From Coraliomargarita sp. (GTDB taxonomy: Bacteria; Verrucomicrobiota; Verrucomicrobiia; Opitutales; Coraliomargaritaceae), in the NCBI GenBank assembly GCA_965216325.1, contig OZ244160.1:2144001-2208000 (forward strand): a stretch of DNA of 64,000 bases, in the 5' to 3' direction. Both the position numbers and the translations under genes were made by a program. Of this stretch, positions 19,868-34,305 are shown in pieces. The notes under the pieces are model-generated. The model saw only the letters and a program-made list of their open reading frames with translations. It did no database searches and had not been told where the DNA came from. Numbering within the stretch: the first letter of the stretch is position 1; each line of letters starts with the position of its first letter.

Positions 19868-20851
19868 ATGGCTGAATTAATTGATGTGCTCCCCGGAGTG
19901 GAACTTCCCGTGCAGGAGGTAACCAAGCGCCTGAATACGATGTGGGAGGGGGATGCGACTCCAGAGTCACCGTCGGAGTTTCGCGCGTCGCAGATGAATG
20001 TGGTGCTGCACTTCGGTCTGGATGTGACCCCCGAAGAAGCCAAGGAGCGCTTTGATGCAGTGATCCGTTTTGCCCAGCGTTATCCGAGTCGTATCATCGT
20101 GTTGTGTCCGACACGCGAGGAAGACTGCGGGATGACGGCGAAGTTGTTTAGCCAGTGCTACATTGGTGAGACGCACCGCGAGATGTGCTGCTGTGAGGCC
20201 TTACTGTTGCGTTACAAATCGGAGGATTTTGGATACTTGGCCAATCAGGTGTCGATTTGGCTGGAAGGCGACCTGCCGACTTACCACTGGCTGAGCGGGG
20301 TGCCTGCATCGCGTATTGAGACTTACTACGACAACTTGTTGGTCGGCGTGCGTCGTATCGTGTTTGATAGTAGTGTTGAGCCTGAGGATTTGATGACGCT
20401 GAATTGGCCGCAGCCTGAGCGTGTGCACGATTTAGCTGCCGCGCGTTTGCTGCCCGTGCGTCAATCGCTGGGGCAGTTTCTGAGTGGGTATCCGATTGAA
20501 AGCCTGTGCAAAGGTCTGGAGTCCGTGTGTATTCACTATTGTGATACGATGTCGGGTGAGGCTCAGCGTCTGCTGGAGTGGATTAAGGGCTGTCTCTGTG
20601 ACTGTGATAAGTGCGAGGACTGTTCGGCTCTGAGTTCGAAGTTCTCGATTCAGAAGAAGTGCGATTCGGATGAGAATCCGTTCACAATTGAATGGACCTA
20701 CAGCGATGGCCGCTACCTGAAGTGGCGTAAGCTGAAGGATGGTTCGCGTGGGGAAATTGACGCGAATCTGGGTAAGGGCGAGGAATGTATCCCCACACGT
20801 ATCAAGCCGCTCGAGCCGGATCATGCGCTGGCTGAGGCCTTGTTCTTCTAA
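19868..20851 (+). CDS. opcA: G6PD assembly/activator protein OpcA
   Basis: Immediately downstream of zwf; RASQMN.V, PSRIIVL, CCE, DLP.Y.W, RRIVFDSS, DL…RL..RQ. Confidence 0.8.
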   Translation: MAELIDVLPGVELPVQEVTKRLNTMWEGDATPESPSEFRASQMNVVLHFGLDVTPEEAKERFDAVIRFAQRYPSRIIVLCPTREEDCGMTAKLFSQCYIGETHREMCCCEALLLRYKSEDFGYLANQVSIWLEGDLPTYHWLSGVPASRIETYYDNLLVGVRRIVFDSSVEPEDLMTLNWPQPERVHDLAAARLLPVRQSLGQFLSGYPIESLCKGLESVCIHYCDTMSGEAQRLLEWIKGCLCDCDKCEDCSALSSKFSIQKKCDSDENPFTIEWTYSDGRYLKWRKLKDGSRGEIDANLGKGEECIPTRIKPLEPDHALAEALFF

Positions 20852-20891
20852 GTATGTGGGTGATTTCGCTCTATGTTAAGAGACTTTAAAG

Positions 20892-20925
20892 AAACAGGCC
20901 GCACCTGGTAGGATGCGGCCTGTTT
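20892..20925. terminator. Bidirectional intrinsic terminator between convergent opcA and the YSC84-like gene
   Basis: aaacaggccgca-N10-tgcggcctgttt hairpin. Confidence 0.65.
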
Positions 20926-20951
20926 AGGAAATTAACTTGGGGCTGCTTTGA

Positions 20952-21536
20952 TTAGTTTAGGTGCTTGTCGACCCAGAATTTGGTGCCTTTTACGGTTGCT
21001 TGGAGTGCCAAGCCTGTATCGGTCATACTATAGACTTTGACGTCTCCAGTGTAGACTTCGCCATCAGCTGAACCGCCTTTATCATTGGCTTGTGCGGTAG
21101 CGTCAGCGTTTGCGCCAAAGGCCCAGCCTGATTCGATGAATTTATCGAGCGCATCTTGTGTCATGAAGAACATGGTGATGTTGTAATCTTTGGCTCCGAG
21201 CCCAAAGCCGACGCCGCCTTCGCCCATATTCATATAGGTGATTTCGCCAGAACTTTTGTCTTTCGCGAGGCCGTAGCCACCCCCTGCGGCGACAAAGATA
21301 AGATTTACATTTGCATTGGAGAAGGTGGCGTAGCCTGCGCACTTCTGCATGTATTCTTTGGCTCCTGGATTTGCTTTGTAGAGGGCTTCTAGGATTGATT
21401 CGCTGGATTTTTGGATTTCGGCACGCTTTTCATCGTTGCTTCCTTTGCCCGTGCTCGCACAGCCGATCAGCGCAGTGAGAAGGGTAGATAACAAGATGAT
21501 TTTGGCGAGTGAATGTATGTAAGTGCAGGTTCTCAT
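20952..21536 (-). CDS. Lipoprotein with YSC84/SYLF lipid-binding domain
   Basis: Lipobox LIGC; GYATF, GGGYG, G.G.G.G.K, GLALQATVKGTKF. Confidence 0.8.
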   Translation of the reverse strand: MRTCTYIHSLAKIILLSTLLTALIGCASTGKGSNDEKRAEIQKSSESILEALYKANPGAKEYMQKCAGYATFSNANVNLIFVAAGGGYGLAKDKSSGEITYMNMGEGGVGFGLGAKDYNITMFFMTQDALDKFIESGWAFGANADATAQANDKGGSADGEVYTGDVKVYSMTDTGLALQATVKGTKFWVDKHLN

Positions 21537-21700
21537 ATTGGGTATGTTAAGTGGGGCTTTGGGTGATGCAAACGGGTTTTTGGGTTTGATGGAGAAGGGC
21601 GGTTTAAAATACGTCTCAGAGCTGCTTCTTGCCAGAGCTGCTATATTAACAGGAAGGTTCACCGCGTGGTATAATACCAGTCTTCAACTTTTTCTGGCAA

Positions 21701-21769
21701 CTGGAGGGACACTGTCCCCAGTGTCCGAATCAGACCTAACTGCGGACGACGAGGACGCCGTCCCTCCAG
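21701..21769. repeat. Inverted REP-like pair (GGAG type)
   Basis: ctggagggac… gtccctccag terminal inverted repeats with internal hairpins. Confidence 0.65.
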
Positions 21770-21839
21770 GATTATGACAGGTAAGGTCACACGATGGTAT
21801 AATCTTCAACTATTTTTGGTAGAACGAATGCTATTGTTG

Positions 21840-21913
21840 GGTAGGGAGGCATGCATCATGCCTCCGAGAGACTGGCGAAACATACCGGAGGTCTGGGGGC
21901 AGACCTCCCTACC
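21840..21913. repeat. Inverted REP-like pair (GTAG type)
   Basis: ggtagggagg… cctccctacc terminal inverted repeats with internal hairpins. Confidence 0.65.
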
Positions 21914-21977
21914 TTTTTATCGGTTAAAGTCGCAGGCTGGCATTAGTTTTGCCGATGTGGAGTCGCAGTGGCGCACT

Positions 21978-22009
21978 AAAAAAGCCGCATCGGAATCGAT
22001 GCGGCTTTT
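21978..22009 (-). terminator. Intrinsic terminator of gltBD
   Basis: aaaagccgcatcg-gaat-cgatgcggctttt with a T-run on the minus strand. Confidence 0.8.
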
Positions 22010-22034
22010 GAAAGGGTGATAGTAACCGTAGTGT

Positions 22035-23522
22035 TTACGGAAGTTTGGTAGTTCCCATGAGGAACTTGTCGCACTCGCGGGCGACTGCACGACCTTCGTT
22101 GATCGCCCAGACGATGAGGGACTGACCGCGGCGCACGTCGCCGGCTGCGAAGACCTTGTCGACGCTGGTCTTGAACTTGCCATATTCGGCCTGGATGTTC
22201 GAACGGCCGTCTTGTTCGAGGCCCAGCTCGTCAACGATAGTGTTTTCCGGGCCGAGGAAGCCCATTGCCAGGAGGACGAGTTCTGCTTCGAGCACGCGAT
22301 CGCTGCCTTCGACCTTCTTCGGCATGAAGCGGCCGTTTTCGCTGACCCACTCGATGTCGTGGACGTGAACCGCCTTGACGTTGCCGTTTTCGTCGCCTTC
22401 GAACTTGCTGGAGCTGACCAGATACTGACGTGGGTCTTCTCCTTGCACGGCTGCAGCTTCTTCCTGACCGTAGTCGACCTTGTAGGTCTTTGGCCATTGT
22501 GGCCATGGGTTGTTGGCTGCACGCTCTTCCGGTGGCTTCGGCATGATTTCGAGCTGTGTAACGCTCTTACAGCCGTGGCGTAGGGATGTGCCGACACAGT
22601 CTGTGCCAGTGTCACCACCGCCGATGATCACGACGTTCTTACCCTTGGCGAGTTCGGTGAACTCCTTGGACTTGCCTTCGCGAACATCCCAAAGCTCTTG
22701 GGTGTTTGGCGTGAGGAACTCCATTGCGAAGCGGATGTTGTTGAACTCACGGCCTTCGATAGGAAGGTCGCGTGGCTTGGTCGCGCCGCAGCAAAGGATC
22801 ACTGCGTCGTTGTCGTTGAGAAGATCCTTGGAGGAGAGGTCCTTGCCGATTTCGGTGCTAGTGACAAAGGTCACACCTTCTTCGCGCATGAGGTCCACGC
22901 GGCGGTTCACGATCTCCTTCTGGAGCTTCATGTTTGGAATACCATACATGAGGAGGCCGCCGATACGGTCTGCGCGCTCATAAACGGTGACCGTGTGGCC
23001 TGCTTGGTTGAGCTGATCCGCTGCGGAGAGACCTGCAGGTCCGGAACCAACGATCGCAACCTTCTTACCGGTGCGCTCTTCAGGAGTCTTTGGAGTGACC
23101 CAGCCTTCAGCCCATGCCTTGTCGATGATGGACTGCTCGATGTTCTTAATGGTCACCGGTGGTTCGATGACGCCAAGCACACAGGAGCCTTCACAAGGAG
23201 CTGGGCAAACGCGGCCAGTGAACTCCGGGAAGTTGTTGGTCTTGGAGAGACGCTGATACGCGTCTTGCCACTTACCTTGATAAACGAGGTCGTTGAACTC
23301 AGGGATGAGGTTGTTGATTGGGCAACCACTCGCCATGTTCGCGAGTGTCATACCTGTGTGGCAGTAAGGCGTGCCGCAGTCCATGCAGCGTGCACCTTGA
23401 GTCTGAACCTTTTCGAAGTCCGGATCGACGTGTGTTTCTTCCCAGTCCTTCAGACGCTCAATAGGATCGCGGTCGGCGATCGGTGCGCGTTCGAATTCTT
23501 TAAATCCAGTTGCTTTTCCCAT
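22035..23522 (-). CDS. gltD: Glutamate synthase small subunit
   Basis: [51 protein letters not shown]. Confidence 0.97.
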   Translation of the reverse strand: MGKATGFKEFERAPIADRDPIERLKDWEETHVDPDFEKVQTQGARCMDCGTPYCHTGMTLANMASGCPINNLIPEFNDLVYQGKWQDAYQRLSKTNNFPEFTGRVCPAPCEGSCVLGVIEPPVTIKNIEQSIIDKAWAEGWVTPKTPEERTGKKVAIVGSGPAGLSAADQLNQAGHTVTVYERADRIGGLLMYGIPNMKLQKEIVNRRVDLMREEGVTFVTSTEIGKDLSSKDLLNDNDAVILCCGATKPRDLPIEGREFNNIRFAMEFLTPNTQELWDVREGKSKEFTELAKGKNVVIIGGGDTGTDCVGTSLRHGCKSVTQLEIMPKPPEERAANNPWPQWPKTYKVDYGQEEAAAVQGEDPRQYLVSSSKFEGDENGNVKAVHVHDIEWVSENGRFMPKKVEGSDRVLEAELVLLAMGFLGPENTIVDELGLEQDGRSNIQAEYGKFKTSVDKVFAAGDVRRGQSLIVWAINEGRAVARECDKFLMGTTKLP

Positions 23523-23627
23523 AGTGTGTAAGGTTTGAAAGTATGAATGTGTGAACGTATGAAGGTTTAAAGAGATTGATGACTTGTTACTTTCTCACCT
23601 TTGAACCTTCATACTGGCTGCGGCCAA

Positions 23628-28277
<4,650 letters not shown>

Positions 28278-28471
28278 ATCTTAACTGTAAAATTAAAGGT
28301 TTTGGATGTGCGTTGCCGCCAATCATTTACCTGTGCGGGCAAAGATTTTGCCCTATGTCAGAAGTCAAAAAGAACGAGCACGGTAGTAACTCAGGGGGGG
28401 CTGTCTAGAGAAAATGTGCAAACTGCTCATGTTCTTTGCTCTAGAGCGCCCCAGAACTGTGCTCGGGAGCC

Positions 28472-28497
28472 AAAAAAACCGAGCGTTTGCCCGGTTT
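28472..28497 (-). terminator. Intrinsic terminator after the glutaredoxin gene
   Basis: Minus strand aaaccgggcaaacgctcggttttttt. Confidence 0.65.
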
Positions 28498-28523
28498 CGT
28501 TAAAAATGAACTGGGCGAAGACT

Positions 28524-28859
<336 letters not shown>

Positions 28860-28998
28860 AATCGCTTAAGTGGTGCTAATTTATCCTGATGTCAATACGT
28901 GGGAGCATCGAAACGTGAACTAGAAGCACCCTTTTTGCCTGTATTTAAGGGGGGCGTAGGTTGGTGGCTCTTGTGCCGAGCCTGCTGTTGGGGGAGCC

Positions 28999-29499
28999 TT
29001 AGCGAAGGGCTGGTGTGTAAGTTAGCGAGTTGTCGCGAGTTTTTTGTGGGCGGGCACAGACGATTTTCCAGGCGCCGTCGCAGTTGCGTCCGACTGTAAA
29101 TAGGCTCGTAAGGTCGTCATCCTGTTCGTATGTCACGCGCATGCGATAGCCTGGTGTTAGGCTGGGGCCATAGGTGACATTGTTGTGGACAAACTTGATG
29201 CATTCCTCCGGGGCGCCAGTAAGGGGCTCAAAGTGAATACTTCTGATGGGGATGCCGAGTTCGAACTCCAGGGCGCCTTTTAGTCGGGTGAGGGTGGTGT
29301 CGCTGACGCCATCCAGGCAGTAGAGTGCCAGCATGGGCTCGATGGAGTCTGCCTGGTTTGCTCGATGAAAAGCGTCTGCGAGTTTTTGTAGGCCGGCAGT
29401 TGGCGCTTCGTTCTGCTTGTTGCATGCTACGGCTGCCAATGTGGCGGCGATCAGCGCGCACGCGAGCGTTCTGCGTAGCTGCTTAAGTGGATGCATCAT
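28999..29499 (-). CDS. Hypothetical lipoprotein
   Basis: Signal peptide ending AVAC; co-oriented in the acc operon run. Confidence 0.6.
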   Translation of the reverse strand: MMHPLKQLRRTLACALIAATLAAVACNKQNEAPTAGLQKLADAFHRANQADSIEPMLALYCLDGVSDTTLTRLKGALEFELGIPIRSIHFEPLTGAPEECIKFVHNNVTYGPSLTPGYRMRVTYEQDDDLTSLFTVGRNCDGAWKIVCARPQKTRDNSLTYTPALR

Positions 29500-29556
29500 T
29501 TTATATCCAGACATCTATTGACCTGAAGATGTTCCGGATTGTGTGAATTCCTGAAG

Positions 29557-30108
29557 TTACTGGGGCTTGGACAGTGATTCTTCTGGGGCGTCCTTGCTCG
29601 GGGCTGTGGAGCTCTCTTCGGGCTCTTCAGCTTCGTCGCTTGCAAGTGCGAGTGTGTGGTCGGTCGCTACGGTGCTGCTGCGGTCGATTTTGCCGCTTTT
29701 AAAGCCGGTTGCGATGATGTCGATGCGGCCGAGGTCTTCGATGCCGAGGTTGTCGGTAAGCGCATTGCGCAAGTGTGTTTGCAGGGTTTGCTCGATGCTG
29801 CGGAGCTGGCCGCCGCTGGCGAGCTTGATGCGCACTTCAAAGTGCACGGTTCGGCCCTTTACTTTGATTTTAACGCTAGGCTTGGAAACTTCTTCGAGTT
29901 GCGAGCAAGAGGTCTGCACGAGCTCGACGATGGCGGCACGGCTGACCATGACGCGGCCACTGTCGGTGGCGTAGGCCATGACACTCTTCGGTTGGCGGCG
30001 GAAGAGTAGGACGATCAGTAAGAACAGAACGAGAACACTGATGCCGATCGTCAGGTATCCTTCTGGGGATTGGATGAATTCTTGGATCTGAGTGATGAGT
30101 GCGTCCAT
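29557..30108 (-). CDS. AmaP-like membrane anchor of Asp23
   Basis: Single TM, then G.V.VSRAAI..LV; directly downstream of asp23. Confidence 0.65.
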   Translation of the reverse strand: MDALITQIQEFIQSPEGYLTIGISVLVLFLLIVLLFRRQPKSVMAYATDSGRVMVSRAAIVELVQTSCSQLEEVSKPSVKIKVKGRTVHFEVRIKLASGGQLRSIEQTLQTHLRNALTDNLGIEDLGRIDIIATGFKSGKIDRSSTVATDHTLALASDEAEEPEESSTAPSKDAPEESLSKPQ

Positions 30109-30175
30109 TGTGGTGTGGGTATACATTTAGTGCGGAGCGTTTCCGCTCCGCACTGTCCTTAAATTGCTTGGAAGT

Positions 30176-30619
30176 TTAGTCTGTGTGACCTTCGTCCCAC
30201 TCGTTTTCCGGAGCTTTCTCTTCTTCGTTAGTGCGAACTCCGTCGATGATGACATTGACGCGAGCCACGCTCTTGCTGGTCATCTTTTCGACTTGTTCGG
30301 CAATGCGCTGTTGGATTTGTCCGGCGACTGCAGCGAGTTCACAACCAAAGCGCAGGATGACGCGCACCTCGATGCGGTAGTCGCCCACTTCATCCTCGTC
30401 GACGCGCACGCCGCGCTCGTCGCCCTTGGATTTGAAGATTTCGGCGATGCCATCTACGAATCCGCCGCCGACGGCGGCAACACCGGAAACTTCGAGCGCT
30501 GCGAGACGCACGATGCTGGCGACCACGCTGTGGTTGATGCGGATGTCGCCGAGTGTGTTCGAGGCCTCGGAGACGGTTGGGATGCTGGTTTCCTTATTGT
30601 TTTCGGGTTCCTGGCTCAT
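30176..30619 (-). CDS. Asp23/Gls24 (YqhY-like) protein
   Basis: GDIRI..SVVASI…AALEV.GV, RGVRV, IQQRI.EQVE.MT…VNVIIDGV. Confidence 0.9.
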   Translation of the reverse strand: MSQEPENNKETSIPTVSEASNTLGDIRINHSVVASIVRLAALEVSGVAAVGGGFVDGIAEIFKSKGDERGVRVDEDEVGDYRIEVRVILRFGCELAAVAGQIQQRIAEQVEKMTSKSVARVNVIIDGVRTNEEEKAPENEWDEGHTD

Positions 30620-30644
30620 GTTCGCTGTCTTTTTGGTTCAGAGA

Positions 30645-32009
30645 TTAGGTGTAAAGATCCTTGGGCACGCGTTCCACGAATTCTTCGATGTATTTCGTGG
30701 TGGCTTCGCCTTCGCGGAAGACGCGGTCGCGAATGATTGCGCGTGAGAACGGAATGTTGGTCTTAATGCCGCGGATCAGGTATTCACCGAGCGCGCGGTC
30801 CATGCGGTCGAGTGCGAGTTCGCGGGTGCGGCCGAATGTCATGACCTTGGCGATCATGCTGTCGTAATGCGGTGGGATGGTGTAGCCGCTGTAGACATGA
30901 GAGTCGATGCGCACGCCGTGGCCACCTGGTGAGTAGTAGAGGCTGATCTCACCTGGGCAGGGTGCAAAGTTGCGGCCCGGATCTTCGGCGCAAACGCGGC
31001 ACTCGACGCAGTGGCGCAAGAACTTGATGTCCTTTTGCTCATAGCTGAGTTTTTGCCCGCCCGCGATGAGGAGCTGTTCCTTCACGAGGTCGACACCGGT
31101 GACTTCTTCGGTCACGCCGTGTTCCACCTGGATGCGGGTGTTCATTTCGATGAAGTAGTAATTCTGCTTCTCATCCATCAGGAACTCGATGGTGCCGGCA
31201 CCTTCGTAGTTAACGGACTTCGCCAGTTTGACCGCGTCTTCGCCCATCTTCTTGCGAGTCTTTTCGCTGATGAATGGGGAGGGCGCTTCTTCGATGACTT
31301 TTTGGTGGCGACGCTGGATTGAGCAGTCGCGCTCACCGAGGTGAATCACATTGCCGTGTTGGTCGCCGAGCACCTGAATCTCGATGTGGCGAGGGGCTTG
31401 CAGAAATTTTTCAATGTAGACCGCACCGTTGCCGAATGCGGCTTCAGCTTCGCTGCGGGCGCTGTTGTATTCCTTGACGAAAGCGACTGCGTTGTGCGCG
31501 GTGCGCATGCCCTTGCCGCCACCACCGGCGACCGCCTTAATGATAACGGGGAAGCCAATCTTTTTGGCAACTTCGAGTGCGGTCTTTTCGTCGTCGACGG
31601 TGCCATCACTGCCGGGGATGACGGGGACCTTGGCTTTGACTGCCATGTCGCGTGCTTTCGCCTTGTCGCCAAAGTTGATAATCGCGTCTGCGCCGGGGCC
31701 GATAAACTTGATGTTGCACTTTTCGCACTGCTCGGCGAAGTCAGCGTTTTCTGCGAGGAAGCCGTAGCCCGGGTGGATCGCGTCCACATCGGCAATCTCT
31801 GCCGCTGCAATAATGCGGTCGCCCTTTAGGTAGCTTTCGCGGCCGGCAGCAGGGCCAATGCAGATCGCTTCGTCTGCCAGTTGGACGTGTAGGGATTGCT
31901 CGTCGGCCTCGGAATAGACGGCCAAGGTCTTGATTCCGAGTTCGTTACAAGCGCGAACGATGCGAAGTGCGATTTCGCCTCGATTTGCGATGAGAACCTT
32001 TTTGATCAT
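30645..32009 (-). CDS. accC: Acetyl-CoA carboxylase biotin carboxylase
   Basis: [58 protein letters not shown]. Confidence 0.97.
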   Translation of the reverse strand: MIKKVLIANRGEIALRIVRACNELGIKTLAVYSEADEQSLHVQLADEAICIGPAAGRESYLKGDRIIAAAEIADVDAIHPGYGFLAENADFAEQCEKCNIKFIGPGADAIINFGDKAKARDMAVKAKVPVIPGSDGTVDDEKTALEVAKKIGFPVIIKAVAGGGGKGMRTAHNAVAFVKEYNSARSEAEAAFGNGAVYIEKFLQAPRHIEIQVLGDQHGNVIHLGERDCSIQRRHQKVIEEAPSPFISEKTRKKMGEDAVKLAKSVNYEGAGTIEFLMDEKQNYYFIEMNTRIQVEHGVTEEVTGVDLVKEQLLIAGGQKLSYEQKDIKFLRHCVECRVCAEDPGRNFAPCPGEISLYYSPGGHGVRIDSHVYSGYTIPPHYDSMIAKVMTFGRTRELALDRMDRALGEYLIRGIKTNIPFSRAIIRDRVFREGEATTKYIEEFVERVPKDLYT

Positions 32010-32014
32010 CCAGA

Positions 32015-32488
32015 CTAGGCTGTTTTAACTTTGAAAAGCGGTTGGCCGTATTCGATCGCATCGCCGTTTTCGACCAGAACTTCAGTGACTGTGCCGCTGA
32101 TTTCGGCTTGGATCTCATTCATCACTTTCATGGCTTCGATGATGCAAACGATGGAGTCTGCGGTTACCTTGGTGCCGACGTCCGCGAATACTGGGCTTTC
32201 AGGAGAGGGTGCACGGTAGAAGGTGCCAACCATTGGGGACTTGATGATGGAGATGCCCTTTTCTTCCACTGGAGCAGCCGGTGCGGCAGCGGCAGCAGGG
32301 GCTGCGGCAGGAACTGGGGCAGCAGCTACGGGAGCGGCAGCAACAGGTGCAGCCTGAATGATTTGCGGCGCAACTTCTTCGCCCTTGCGGCTGAGGTGCA
32401 GCTTGAAGCCCTCTTTCTCAAGGTCGAACTCGGTGAGCTCGGCGCGTTTCATCAGATCGATTACCTGCTTGATGTCTTTTAAGTCCAA
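32015..32488 (-). CDS. accB: Acetyl-CoA carboxylase biotin carboxyl carrier protein
   Basis: TTG start after the RBS aaagga; Ala/Pro linker, [15 protein letters not shown] biotinyl motif. Confidence 0.95.
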   Translation of the reverse strand: MDLKDIKQVIDLMKRAELTEFDLEKEGFKLHLSRKGEEVAPQIIQAAPVAAAPVAAAPVPAAAPAAAAAPAAPVEEKGISIIKSPMVGTFYRAPSPESPVFADVGTKVTADSIVCIIEAMKVMNEIQAEISGTVTEVLVENGDAIEYGQPLFKVKTA

Positions 32489-32776
32489 AGTGTTTCCTTT
32501 CTTCAGGTCTAGTTGGTTTAATAGAAGGTTAACGCGATTTCGCGTGGATAACTCAAACGGATTCCATTCAAGTTTTGTGACATCTAAGTGAAGCTTTTCT
32601 CGGTGTGCAATGCCTTTTGTGTAAATCCTCAATGGCGCGTTTGGCACCGTCTGTATGCACGATTCAAGGCTGTTTGAGGCGGATGGAACCAGCATTGCCA
32701 GCGCTTGACTCAAGTTCGCTCGGCTCTAGTGTTCGCCAATTCTTTGTCTTTCGTCGCGATTCTACCACTTTTTTCA

Positions 32777-33511
32777 ATGAGGCGCTTTTTGCTTATACTC
32801 CTGACTGTCGGTTTGGTCCTGGTGCTCGGGGTGAAACTAACGTTTACGCTTTTCGTTCCCAAGGCGGAGCCCACTTTGGACCGGGCTTTGGCTGAGTTGT
32901 TGCCTGTGGAAGTTGAAGGGTGGAAATCGCATGAGGTGCCGCTTTCCAGCAGTCCGAATGGTGAGGCGCGTGTGCTGGATATCCTCAGTTTGGATGATTA
33001 TTTTTCGCGTGAGTATGTGAGGGGAGATACGCGCGTCATGGTGTATGTGGCCTACTGGTATCCTGCGAGCGAGCCGTATAGCTCTGTGGCGGTGCACAAT
33101 CCGGACAGTTGTTGGGTGATTGCGGGGTGGAATATTAAGGAGCGTGAAAGTGATGTTCGACGGACTTTGGCAGGGTGTGAGCTCAAGCCGCATGAGTGGG
33201 GCATTTATACGCAGAATGGACAGGATACCCACGTGATGTTCTGGCACCTGTTGGGGGGGGAGCCGAATGAGCACATTGAGCAGATGGTGTGGACGCAGTC
33301 GGGTCTCGATAGTTTCAAGCGCCAGTATTATTTCATCTACAATATCTTTCAGATGGGCCTAGATCTTGGGCGCGATCAATTATTTGTGCGCCTCTCCTCG
33401 AACAAGTCTTTTGATGAACTGGAAGGAGATGTTCATTTTAAGCGCCTACTGGATGGCTTGCGTCCGCTTGGGATTGAACAGCCGAGTGCTTCGAGCGTGG
33501 TGGTTCAATAG
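32777..33511 (+). CDS. Exosortase-associated EpsI family protein
   Basis: N-terminal TM, LP..V.GW, R.Y…V.VYVAYW, H.PDSCW..AGW. Confidence 0.75.
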   Translation: MRRFLLILLTVGLVLVLGVKLTFTLFVPKAEPTLDRALAELLPVEVEGWKSHEVPLSSSPNGEARVLDILSLDDYFSREYVRGDTRVMVYVAYWYPASEPYSSVAVHNPDSCWVIAGWNIKERESDVRRTLAGCELKPHEWGIYTQNGQDTHVMFWHLLGGEPNEHIEQMVWTQSGLDSFKRQYYFIYNIFQMGLDLGRDQLFVRLSSNKSFDELEGDVHFKRLLDGLRPLGIEQPSASSVVVQ

Positions 33512-33518
33512 CTGGGGC

Positions 33519-34154
33519 TTACTCAGGTTTCACGCCGATGTAGTTGGGCTTCGGGATGAGCTGCAGGCCTTCGTGCTTTATGGAGGCGGTGATATGGCAA
33601 CCCATGCCGATGCTGACGTGATTCGGGATCACGAGCGGCTCTGTGGGGCTGCCGTTGTTGAATAATGCGCCTGCACCGATAAAGACTTTTTGGCCGATTT
33701 CGACATGGCCGGATACGCAGGCTCGAGGGCCAATTTGGGAATAGTCACCTATGCTTGAGTCGTGTCCCAGGATGCTGTGGCTGTTGAGGATGCTGCCGTC
33801 GCCGAGTGTTGTGTCGGGTGCAATGTAGGCAAAGGCTCCGACGTAGCATCCGCGGCCAATGCGTGCACTGTCACTGATTTCGGCAGTCGGGGAGATGATG
33901 TTTACGAAATTCAGTGTGGCGTATTGCTCGAGGAAGCGTTGCCGGTGCGCGTTGTTGCCGATTGCTGCAAAGAAATCCCAATTTTCGTAGTTTGCCGGGT
34001 TGAACTCGGCTTCTTTGACTGCCGTATGGGCGTTGATTTCGCAACTGCCATTGGTGGTGACGATTTCGAATTCTTGATAGCCGATCGATTTGGCGATGTG
34101 GATAACGTCTTTTGCGTGGCCGGAGCCTCCGAATATGAGAAGTTTTTTGCCCAT
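33519..34154 (-). CDS. PglD/NeuD-family sugar O/N-acetyltransferase
   Basis: GGSGHAK, AIGNN..R, hexapeptide repeats with HD. Confidence 0.85.
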   Translation of the reverse strand: MGKKLLIFGGSGHAKDVIHIAKSIGYQEFEIVTTNGSCEINAHTAVKEAEFNPANYENWDFFAAIGNNAHRQRFLEQYATLNFVNIISPTAEISDSARIGRGCYVGAFAYIAPDTTLGDGSILNSHSILGHDSSIGDYSQIGPRACVSGHVEIGQKVFIGAGALFNNGSPTEPLVIPNHVSIGMGCHITASIKHEGLQLIPKPNYIGVKPE

Positions 34155-34305
34155 GGTGTTAGCTGTTTGTATTAGGCTTTAGTTCCTGAATTATGCAAGC
34201 TGTGACTCTTGTCGTCAGGCTGATATCAATTTTAGAGATTGCAGCTAGTGGGCGCATGTTTAGTCCCGTGGCTGCTTTGCTTAATTATCCACTACTGACT
34301 CTACA

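Noticed and set aside
28278..28470. Possible riboswitch or leader upstream of gltB
   Set aside because: No recognisable aptamer consensus or attenuator could be identified by eye.
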